64,000 bases of DNA, from the NCBI GenBank assembly GCA_052327205.1, contig CM126210.1:139934001-139998000 (forward strand), read 5' to 3'. Each line of letters opens with the position of its first letter. The stretch's first letter is position 1. Of the stretch, positions 10,752 to 21,986 are shown one piece after another. A program made the position numbers and the translations under genes. Source of the DNA: Somniosus microcephalus. Its lineage: Eukaryota. A model generated the notes under the pieces. It searched no databases and was not told the DNA's origin. It saw only the letters and a list, made by a program, of their open reading frames with translations.

Positions 10752-13700
10752 ATGCCGAAAAGTGGCAGTATCACTGCTTTCGACAATGAGGTAGAAGACT
10801 GGACCATGTATGTGGAAAGAATTGAAGTGTACTGCAAGCCAAATGAGGTGGCTGATGGAAAGAGGGCATCGGTATTATTAAATCTGATGGGTGCGAGTAC
10901 GTACGGCCTATTGCGGAATTTAATTACCCCAGCTAAACCAATGGAGAAAAGTTTTGAGGAGATTGTTCATATCTTACAGGAACAGCTAAGCCCTACACCA
11001 CTGCTGATAGCAGAAAGATTCAAGTTCCATAAAAGAAATCAGCATAAAGATGAGAGCAATGCTGACTATCTTACGGAATTGCGCAAGTTATCGAAGCACT
11101 GCCAGTTCGGAGCAGGACTGGCAGACACCTTACGGGATAAGTTTGTCTGCGGGCTCCAAAGTGAAGGAACCCAGAAACGACTACTTTCAAAAAAGGACCT
11201 GATGCTAGAACAGGCTTTCAGCGTGGCAGTATCCTACGAAGCAGCAGCACGGGGAGCTGCGGAAATACAACAGAAACCACAAGAATACAGCGCTAACGAA
11301 ATGGCGTATGGAGCCGAAAAGTGCTATCGCTGCGGCAGAACAACCCATGAGCAGAAGGACTGCTGGTTTAAAGACAAAATATGCAGGCAATGCGGGAAAA
11401 TGGGACATATAGCAAGAGTCTGCAGGTCGGGAAAGAAGACCAACACGACAAGAACTACTAAGGAACAGTACAGGAAAGTAAAGAAACTGACAGATAGTAG
11501 TTCAGAAGATCAGGAGAGTGATAAGGACTCCGGGAGCAGGCGACTAAGTTGTTTAAAGTTACATAACGTGCTCGCAAAAGAAGATCACCGAACCATTTGG
11601 GTCACCCTCATGATAGCAGGGTCCCCAGTGAAGATGGAATTGGACACAGGATCAGCCCTAACTGTCATGAATCGATGAGACTATGAGCAGCTATTCTCAC
11701 ACATACCCTTGAAGGACACATCCATTGTATTGAAGACATACACGGGGCAAAAGGTCTACCCCAGAGGAAAAATAAGGGTGCCAGTTGAATATAACGGAAA
11801 GGAAACACAGAAACTATACATGTATATACTACGAGATGGAGGACCACCATTATTGGGACGTGAATGGATCCGAAGACTACAATTGGATTGGCATTCCATT
11901 CTGGCACTAACTGTGACTGACAAAAAAGATGATGACGTCGCACCTGGACGTCTGTCACAAATTCTATCTGACGCGGAAGAGGTGTTCCAACAAGGACTTG
12001 GGACTCTAAAAGGAGTAAAGGCAACCGTAAAGATTGAGGATAATGCAACCCCAAAATTTTTCAAGGCCAGACCGGTGCCATACGCGATACGCCCAGCTGT
12101 TGAAGCTGACCTGGAGAGTCTGGAGCGTTCGGGGGTGCTGTCTAAGGTGGACTGGAGCGAGTGGGCCACACTCATCGTTCCTGTAATGAAGAAAGCATTG
12201 AGCAGCACGCCTGGGGAGCCAAGGAAGGTTCGCATCTGTGGGGACTTCAAGGTGACTGTGAACCCAGTCCTGCACACAGTACAGTATCCGATTCCGCGGA
12301 TAGAAGATATTTTCGCCTCACTATCTGGAGGGAAACGTTTTATAAAGATTGACCTGGCTCAAGCGTATCTACAAATGGAGGTGGAAGAAGCATCTAGGAA
12401 ATACCTCACGATAAACACTCACAAATGCCTTTACCAGTACAATCGACTGGTATTTGGGGTAGCATCGGCCCCGGCTATGTGGCAGAGGGCAATGGAACAA
12501 GTCCTGCAAGGGATCCCGGGGACCCAGTGTTATTTGGACGACATCCTGGTTACGGGCGAAAATGACAATGAACACCTTGCCAACCTGGAACAGGTGCTCA
12601 CGAGATTGCAGGAATATGGGCTACGAGCCAACCGTCCCAAATGCGAGTTCTTCAGGAGACAAATCTCGTATTGTGGCCACATGATTGATGAGGAAGGGTT
12701 GCATAAGTCGCCGGACAAGATTGAGGCTGTAGTCAAGGCTCCAGCACCAGAAAATGTGTCGCAACTGAGGTCGTTCCTCGGGTTGGTGAACTACTACCAT
12801 AAGTTCTTGCCGAATTTATCTACAATTCTGCACCCACTGAATGCCCTCCTTCAAACTGGTGTAACATGGAAATGGAGTGATGAGTGTAAGCGTGCCTTTC
12901 AGGAATGTAAATGCCAAATCACTTCAAAAGAAGTATTGGCCCACTACAACCCAACACTACCGATTCGGTTGGCATGTGATGCGTCACCTTACGGCATTGG
13001 AGTGGTGCTGTCACACAAATTCCGTGATGGTTCAGAGAGGCCAATAGCCTTTGCATCGCGCTCGCTAACTTCAGCCGAGCGTAACTACGCCCAGATTGAC
13101 AGGGAGGCCCTCAGCCTGGTGTGGGGGGTGAAGAAGTTCAATCATTATCTGCACGGGCAGAAATTCACCCTATTGACTGATCATCAACCCCTGGTCTCAA
13201 TTTTTAACCCAAAGAAGGGCGTTCCGGTGATGACGGCGCAATGGCTGCAGAGATGGTCACTTTTTCTAGGGGCACATCAGTATGACATAGAGTACAAAGG
13301 TACGAAACAACATGGAAACGCTGATGGGCTGTCGCGCCTACCGTTGCCTACGACAGAAGAAGCACCTGCAGTGGACCCTGTGGAGATATTCCATGCGACC
13401 ATAGTCGAATGTTTGCCTGTTACAAACGCAAGTACTGAGAAGGAAACCCGAAATGACCCGACACTCTCTGGGGTCTATGATTTGACGGTGAAGGGATGGC
13501 CAGCATATGGCGACTCACTGTTGCCAGCATTCTCGCCAAGGAGGGAACAGCTGTCAGTGTGCCGGGGAACCTTGATGTGTGGATCCCGAGTGGTAATTCC
13601 ACCCAAGTTGAGAGATAGAGTACTCAATGAGCTTCACGAGGGTCATCTGGGAGGGGTTAAAATGAAGAGCCTAGCCAGGGTGTTTGTGTGGTGGCCGGGA

Positions 13701-14705
13701 ATCGATAAAGAAATCGAGGATATGACCAAGAGATGCACAGGATGCCAGAAGGTCCAAAACGCTCCACCACAGGCCCCGCTACAGCCATGGGAGTGGCCCT
13801 CATCTCCATGGCAACGGGTACACATTGATTTTGCTGGTCCATTTATGGACTCAATGTTTCTAATCGCTGTGGATGCCCATTCGAAATGGCCAGAGGTCAT
13901 TCAAATGTCCTCCACCACCACGGAGAAAACTATTGCAGTCCTAAGGACCATCTTCGCCAGGAATGGGTTGCCAGAACAGATCTGTTCCGACAATGGCCCA
14001 CAGTTTGTGTCTGAGGATTTCCGGAGGTTCCTGAAGAATAATGGGGTGAAACATTACATATCTGCCCCATATCATCCAGCCACAAATGGATTGGCTGAGA
14101 GGTTTGTTCAGGCCTTTAAAAATGCCATAAAGGCAATGTATAATGACGACATACCACTGCAACACAAGGTGGATAACTTCCTGTTTGCTTACCGGAATGC
14201 GACACATGCAGTAACCAACCAAACTCCAGCCGTACTGTTTTTCAACCGGAGACTAAGATGTCGCTTGGATTTGCTCAAACCAAACATAAGATGAGATGTT
14301 GAGGATAAGCAGTTCCAGCACATAAATGAGAAGCCAACCAGGAGCTTCACGATAGGGCAACCAGTCTTGGCCCGCGACTACCGAACAGAAAAATGGCAGC
14401 CAGGCACGATATGCACACAGCAGGGACCACTAATGTACACAGTGGATGTTGGAGAGAGCATCGTGAGACACCATGCTGACCAGATTCTAGAGTCACAGGA
14501 ACAAGCCAAACCTGTACCACAAGCATGTGCACCTGGTAATGAGCCCAAAGTACAGATTGCGCCTACCTCAGAAACAGGGGTATTGGAAGCTGACGAACCA
14601 ACCAATGACAATGAGCCAGAATTGACTCCACCGCCAGAACAGGATACTCGAGAAAGGCGCTATCCAGTCCGGATCAGGAAACCTCCTCAAAGACTGAACT
14701 TATAA
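10752..14705 (+). pseudogene. A1 gag-pol polyprotein (gag with 2 CCHC knuckles, PR, RT, RNase H, IN), two in-frame stops
   Basis: ORFs 10662-11678, 11709-14294 and 14367-14705 share one frame, separated by TGA codons (likely CGA>TGA). Motifs: CYRCGRTTH..C, LDTGS, YLDD, CDAS, H..H..C..C, SDNGPQF. Confidence 0.92.
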
Positions 14706-15276
14706 ATGACTATTTCAGTTGATGTATATATTACTGAGAAAATTGTAATTGTAATTAGTTATTATTTAGTTGTTAAATGAATGTTATGTACTGTTTATCT
14801 AAAAGGGGAGGAATTGTTGTGTATGTGCCTTTAAGGGAATAACTGGTCTTAGAATTGAATCAGGCACAGATCAGAGAGCCGGTATAAAGTAACTGAGTGA
14901 GTGATTAAAACAGAGAGTCCAGGGCCCAAAAGCGGGACCGGGAGGAGAAGGTCTGCCAGCAGAACAGAAGAGGGAACAATGTTGTGTATGTACCTTTAAG
15001 GGAATAACTGGTCTTAGACTGCAGTACCGGCAGTGACCACCCCTGTATAAAAGGCCCTAGCAGGCTTCTGTAGTTTCAGTTTCAAGCTGCCTCTTGTTCA
15101 GTAAAGTACCTGTTAAACTGTTCTCCCGAAGTCCGTGTATTATTGAGGCGCGGACTTTACAAACAAGGTGCAAAAATGGTTCAGAGTTGGACAGAGAGGT
15201 AGAAGGAAGAGCTGTCAATTTGAATTGTTGGAGGGGGAGATAGAGAGACAAGCAGGAAAAAAATAGCAGCAACTGA

Positions 15277-15530
15277 ATAGAAACATAGAAGATAGGAGCA
15301 GGAGTAGGCCATTCGGCCCCTCGAGCCTGTTCTGCCATTTAATGCGATCATGGCTGATCATCCAAATTCAGTACCATGTCCCTGCTTTCTCTCCATATCC
15401 CTTGATCCCTTTAGCCTTAAGAAATATATCCAACTCCTTCGTGAATATATTTAATGAATTGGCCTCAACTGCCTTGTGTGGTAGAGAATTCCACAGGTTC
15501 ACCACTCTCTGGGTGAAGAAATTCCTCCTC
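15277..15530 (-). mobile_element. CR1 LINE 3' fragment
   Basis: Minus-strand MRRNFFTQRVVNLWNSLP..GYGEKAGTW and a (ttctatgt)n-type tail. Confidence 0.88.
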
Positions 15531-16769
15531 ATGGGAATGATGGGAAGCCCAAAGTAGAGCAGCGACAGGCTGGATGCCTGATGTTGAAATTTGCAGAAGC
15601 CAGAGGGAAGCAGGTGGGGAAACATGAACGGGTAAGAATACATATAATTAACTTACTTAAAAAAAAACTTTTAAAACCCACCCAATTCGCTGAAATTGTG
15701 CTGAACAGCTGGTAAGAGAAGATCTTTTTCCTAAATTTACCTGAAGCAAGGCTGAAGTAGCTGTGGTGGACAATGTGGAGTCTCTACAGCTCCACATGCT
15801 GGTTTGACTGGGACTGTGACAGCTAATTGCTTCTCAGTTAACAATGGGGAACCTTATTGAGGGGACACCTAGAGGCACAACAGTTAATATTTTAACATGG
15901 CAAAACCCCACAGGAGATGTTTGCCTATCTCTAAAATGGAGTGTGTGACTCATACCGATTTTAATATGTAGTATATGAATGTATTTAACACACACAGCTT
16001 GTCTCTCATACAGCCTATGTCAAAGTTGAGTGTCAACCCTATAATGTAACTCGGGCAGATTTTTGTCATACTTGCTCTTGATTGGCTGAAATTACATTAT
16101 TTATAAAACTGCCAAATCACAACTGATCAAGTAGGGAACAGACCAATCAAAAGTGGGTACATAAATGTCCAATGAAAGACTATGAAAAACATGTGAAAAC
16201 AACAAATCAGCAAGGAGTAGTCAGCAAAAGCTGCCAATAAAAAAGAAAAAGTGAACCAATGAAATGCTTCAAATATTTTTGGGGTGATTTGTTTTGGCTG
16301 TCAGTTACTGTCATTAAACATTGAAAATGAGGCTATGACATAATTAAGATCTAGAACATTACAACATTATGTGAAAATTGTTATGTGTACAATGGCATTT
16401 TTACTGTTTAAAATGACTAATAACATTTTCCATCTGAGACTTGAGCACTTGGGGCTCCCGGAGCTTTTATTGTCATCAGGCTGCAACTCCCAGTATGCCT
16501 CTGTGCCCACACCTCTCAGAATCTTTTTATGATTGACAACAAACTGGCCATTCACACATCTCACCAGGATTTGCTACTTCCATGTCATCCCCTGCTTTCT
16601 CTCCACCCTCCTGTCCAGTGATGGAGCTGCATTGACGGGGTGATATTTGAAGGGAACAAATTTATTTATCTACCAGCAGGGGGAAAAAGCTTTATTAGGA
16701 ACAAAACTCTGAGAAGATCTCTTACTAATTTTGACTAAATCCTTTCATAGAGACATCTATCTCTGCAGA

Positions 16770-17228
16770 AAGAAAGATTTTATTTATATATCGCCTTTCA
16801 CAACTTCCGGATGACCCAAAGCGCTTTACAGCCAATGAAGTACTTTTGAAGTGTAGTCACTGTTGTATTGTAGGAAATACGACAGCCAAATTGCACACAG
16901 CAAGGTTCCACAAACAGCAATGTAATAAATGACCAGATAATCTGTTTTAGGTGTTGGTTGAAGGATAAATGTTGGCTGGGACACCCAGAAAACTCCCCTG
17001 CTGTTCTTCAAATAGTGCAATGGAATCTTTTACATCCACTTGAGAGGGAAGACAGAGCCTGGGTGTAATGTTTCATGTGAACGATGGCACCTCCAACAGT
17101 ACAGCACTCTTTTACTACACTGAAGTGCCAAGCTAGATTATGTGGTCAAGTCTCTGGATTGGGGGCTTGAACCCATGATGTTCTGACTCAGAGGTGACAG
17201 TGCTACCATTGAGCCAAGGCTGACACAC
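16770..17228 (-). mobile_element. tRNA-derived Deu-domain SINE (SacSINE1-like)
   Basis: Minus strand begins with a tRNA-like head (ggctcaatggtagcac..gggttcaagccc) and ends in an L2-like tail (aaagcgctttgg..gtgaaaggcgatatataaat). Homologous to 29245-29620. Confidence 0.75.
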
Positions 17229-17242
17229 AAATTCCCATATAC

Positions 17243-18097
17243 TTGCACTTGCACTTCAGAAGCCACCGAGGGAACCATCGCCCCATCAGCATAGACGGGA
17301 CACCAGTGGAAGTCGTCAGTTGCTTCCGATTCCTGGGTCTGCAGATCTCTGATGACCTGGCCTGGAACCATAATACTGAGGCTATGCTGAAGAAGGCACA
17401 CCAGCACCTTTACTCTCTACGGTGCCTGAGGAAATGCGGCATAAGCACACAGTGGCTTGTGAACTTCTACTGCGGCACCATAGAGAGTGTCTTGACGAGT
17501 GGTGTCAATGTGTGGTATGGTAACACCACTGCACAGAGCAAGAAAGCCATCCAGAGAGTTGTGAATACGGCAGAAAAGATAATCGGGTCCGCACTTCCGT
17601 CCATCGAGGAGATCTTCCAGGCCAGGTGCCGGAACAAGGCCCGCTCCATCATCCAGGACCCCAATCACCCTGGGCACAAACTGTTCTCCCTCCTGCGGTC
17701 CGGACGTCGGTACCGCAGCATCCGAACCAGGACCAGCAGGTTTAAGAACAGTTTCTATCCACAGGCAGTGCGCCTACTGAACTGCTAATCGCACTGCCCC
17801 ATATATTATAGTTATACGTTTATGTAAATATATATATTATATTCATATTACCATATATTTATCATATTACATTACTATTATTTCCAGTGGTAATTGAGGC
17901 TTTTTTGTACTATTCATCATATCCTGCAACTTGGACTGTTATTGCTATACTTTTTGCTTATTTGCTTATTGTTTTTATTTATACTTGTTTTTATTTTTTT
18001 GCTTTTATATTATATGCTTGTATTGTGGGAGTGAGTGGGGATTAAGCATTCCATTGTACTAGTTACATATGGCAATAAAATGATCTTGAATCTTGAA
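17243..18097 (+). mobile_element. Rex1/Babar LINE, 5'-truncated
   Basis: ORF 17243-17788 (FRFLGLQISDDLAW..SGRRYRSIRTRTSRFKNSFYPQAVRLLN), AT-rich 3'UTR, aataaa and (tcttgaa)n tail. Confidence 0.88.
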
Positions 18098-18427
18098 CTG
18101 CTCTCCATACAAAACACCACAAGAGATCTGCTAGTTTAATTTTAGTTTTTTTTTTGGTGATATTTTGCTGCAAGAATTTATTCCAGAATACATTTATGCT
18201 GCTAACATATTAGCACTAGAATATGCAATTGTATTCTTGGTGAAGTAATACCAGTAGCTATCAGTACTAGGTGCAAAACAAAAACAAACTGCTTATAATC
18301 CTCTTTATAATGTTAAAGTAAATTCCTCAAGATAAATAAAACTTAAACATCACAGTTCTTTTAAAAAAAACAAATAGTTAAAAAGAATTGAGATTAATAA
18401 CTTTTTTTCTATCTCTGCAAGAAAAAT

Positions 18428-19186
18428 GGCCCGTATTTTCCGATGCCTGTGGGTGTGTACGGGCTGTGTACACACCTGTAGGGACATCGGAAATGGCGGT
18501 TTAAGGCATGCACAGCGCATGTGCTGAAAACTGGCATTTCCGACCTGTCAAGAATGCTCTTGACAGATTGGACGCCTGCCCTGGAGAAGAGCCTCTGCGG
18601 GTGGAGAGTTCCGCTTTCTGCAGAACCTCCGCCCGCTGAAAACCCTGAGAAATCTTACGCCTGGTAAAAGCAGGCATAAGGCCTGCTTTTACCAGCATGA
18701 GAGTTGAAAAAAAGTTTTTTAAAAAGTTCACTCATTTATAATGTTAAAATACTTTTAAAAAAGGTAAGTTTATTTTTAGCCCTGTAAAAAAACTTTAATT
18801 ATTTTTTTCAAAAAATTAAATTTTTGTTTAAAATATTTAATTTATTGTAATTTTAACTCCTTTTAAAAATGTGATGGTTTTTTCAAAATGTATTTAATGT
18901 TTTACAGTGTGTTTGGGGTGATCTCCATTCATATATTTGACAGGTCTATCTGTCAAAAGTATGAAGGGAGATTCCCTTCTCCTATTGGTTGGCCTGGCCC
19001 ACGTGATCCCAGGGACGTTTGCGAACTGCCTGCGCCCCTGCGATATGTGGGCCCTGTGCATTTCGACTGTGGAGAGGCCCAGGATCGGAAGTGCCCGGAC
19101 CTCGGGAGCCCTCAGGTAAGTTCGTAGATTTTTTTCCGATAGGAGACATCCGCACGCAGGAAGCCTCCTATCAGAAGTTGCGGGCC
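18428..19186. mobile_element. Harbinger-like MITE
   Basis: Imperfect TIRs ggcccgtattttccgat / atcagaagttgcgggcc; GC-rich arms and an AT-rich centre. Confidence 0.6.
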
Positions 19187-21986
19187 ATTATTGTTCAGTC
19201 ACATCAACAAGGGTTACTGTTTTGAAGGAGCAACTAATTAATTGTTAACTTGCTAAATTGTCATTAGTTAAGCATCAATAATAAACTCCGAGATGATTCA
19301 GCATCAGCTGTGTTTATGGCTCCAACACCCTCAAAATGTTGGACTTTAGTTGTCGCCCTTCCAAACTCTTTCCTCAATGATGACCTCACTGTTTAAATAA
19401 GCACATAAGTAAAAAAAAGAGCAAAACAAGATGTCAACGGTAATATTAATTATTTGTAATTGAAGAAGCTCCAATGAGACTTTCTCTTGCATCTCGGCAA
19501 TCACAATCCAGAAAACTCAAGATTTTTTTAAATCATGGAGAAATGTGCTTCCCCAACAGTTACAGGATTGCAGGTTGTGTGCATTTTTGTTGTCTTGACA
19601 AATTTGCGTCACTTTTTTCATCAGTATTTTAGTCTTTATACCAATGGCATATTTTATGGTGGACAGTGCCAAATAGTAGGCTCCTGCAATTGAATCACAT
19701 GATTTAACCCACATTGGTTCTGGATTCTATTTTGTTGCTTACGTGCCAGGTAGATATTGTGGGGCATTAACGGCATGTGGAAGGAACTGTTGTAACAAGC
19801 TAAACCTGAATGCTTCTTTTACCGCATTAACATCTCAACGGAAAATATCTAATAATCCTGTCTACACTTGTGAATCTGGCAGATTCAGAAACAACGGATA
19901 ACTGAACATGTATGAGATTTGCACAAATGCAGTTGCTCTGAAGTGGCAAACTTTAAAGCAGATGCGCAAGTGTGAAATTCACACATGCACAACTAGTGAA
20001 AAGTCACATTAGCGCCTTTTGTGGATTTGGGCTGAACCTCCCCCATGTGCTACCTATGGCCGGACCCCCCAAAGTGGTGACCCAACCTAAATGCTATAAC
20101 GGCCACTGTTCATGTTTGCTGCCGCCAGTTAAAGCCACCCAACAAAAACCCCTTCTGAAGGGGAGTTTTTGTGTCTCCAGCAGCAGCACTGGCATTGCTG
20201 TTTTCTTTCTGGAGCTGTCTCTGATGTCCACAACCCTGTAAAGTAAATGTATCAATAAAATCATCCGATATACTTGTTTTGTTGGATAGCAATTTTATAT
20301 GCTGTCATTTGAGTAAAGAATAGAGAATTTATAATGTTTATGGTTCTCACAATTCTTTTCAAGTCTTTTTTGAAAGCAATGAGGGGAGTAAAATGAACTG
20401 CTGCCAAGGTCACCTGATCTCTTCAATCAAATCAAATCAACTTTTATTGTCATTGTTAGTGCACAAGTGCAGTACAACGAAATGTAGGCTTGCGGCTCCC
20501 GAGAGTGTACATTTGGATTAAGACATTTAAACATTCAACATACATTTGGCTTGTAATACATTAACATAAATATAACCATAATAAAGTGCATTGGCAGATG
20601 TGCAGGCTTTAGAGTTTATTTGTGGAGTTCAGTAGGATGACAGCCCTGGGAAAGAAGCTGTTCCTAAATCTGGTCGTACGGGTGCGAATGCATCTGTAGC
20701 GTCTCCCAGATGGCAGGAGGGCGAACAGACTGTGGCTGGGGTGGGTAGGGTCTTTGATGATGGACCGTGACCTCCGTAGACAGCGTTTCTGGTATATGTG
20801 CTCTATGGTCGGTAGCCGGGTGCCGGTAATGCGTTGGGCAGTTTTGACTACCCGCTGCAGGGCTTTCCGGTCATAGTAGCTACAGCTGCCATACCATACT
20901 GTGATACAGTTTGTCAGGATGCTCTCTATAGTGCAGCGGTAAAAGTTAGAGAGGATCAGGGGTGACAGGTTACATCCCTTCAGCATCCTTAGGAAATATA
21001 GGCGCTGCTGGGCCTTCTTCACCAGAGAGGAGGTGTTGAGGGACCAGGAGAGGTCTTCCGTGATGTGGACTCCGAGGAACTTAAAGCTGTCCACCCTTTC
21101 CACCACAGTCCCATTGATGTGGATGGGGGTGTGACTTCCGCCTTTGGACTTCCTGAAGTCCACAATGATTTCTTTGGTTTTCTTGGTGTTAAGGGCCAGG
21201 TTGTTATCTGCGCACCACTTCACGAGATGCTGGACCTCCTCCCTGTAGGCTGACTCATCGTTGTTGGTGATCTGGCCTACTACCGTGGTGTCATCCGCAA
21301 ACTTGATGATGGTGTTGGAACCATTAACAGCCACACAGTCGTGGGTGAAGAGGGAGTAGAGGAGGGGGCTCAGCACACATCCTTGTGGGGCCCCCATGTT
21401 CAGGGTCGGGGGGGGAGGTGTGGTTATCTAATTTGACAGACTGGGGTCTGTTTGTTAGGAAGTCCAGGGTCCAGTTGCAAAGGGAAGTGTTCAGGCCAAG
21501 AGTTTGGAGTTTGGTGGCCAGCTTGTTGGGGACGATAGTGTTGAATGCTGAGCTGTAGTCTATGAACAGCATTCTGATGTAGGTCTCCTTACCATCTAGG
21601 TGATTCAGTGCCGAGTGTAGAGCAGTTGTGATTGCATCCTCCATTGATCTGTTTGCACGATAGGCAAACTGGTGTTGGTCAAGAGAGGCAGGAACACTGG
21701 TGTGATGAAATACGCCATTCATCAGGCACTGTATTCTCTGTGTTTAGTTTAGTTTCAGTTTCATTTCCTTACCTGTATTGTATTGTGTGTAGGGCTCCGC
21801 CCATATCTGGCCCCTACTTAAGCAGGCCCAGTGTGTCTCACATCCAGTACAGCAGATCTCTGGATGAGAGACACTTCTCCAATGTGTATTACTTTCTGAG
21901 TTAATAAAAGCCTTGCTTTGCTCCGTTAACGTTGAGTCTCGGATTCATTGAGGCACATCAATTTTATTAACTCAATTTTCAACGCA

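Larger units (their letters stand above)
10006..15161 (+). mobile_element. Gypsy/Ty3 LTR retrotransposon A1 (Mag-like), full length with rearranged 3' end
   Basis: 182-bp TG..CA LTRs at 10006-10187 and 14980-15161, plus a partial LTR at 14815-14853. TSD AACAA (10001-10005, 15162-15166). PBS tggcgatgag at 10189; PPT aaaaggggaggaa at 14801-14813. Confidence 0.95.

Noticed and set aside
14367-14705. Separate env-like or accessory ORF after pol in A1 (and equivalents in A2/A3)
   Set aside because: It is in frame with pol beyond a single TGA, so it is the integrase C-terminal tail. No signal peptide or transmembrane segment is visible.
17150-17228. tRNA gene
   Set aside because: The tRNA-like A/B boxes are the head of a SINE, and a full cloverleaf is not supported.
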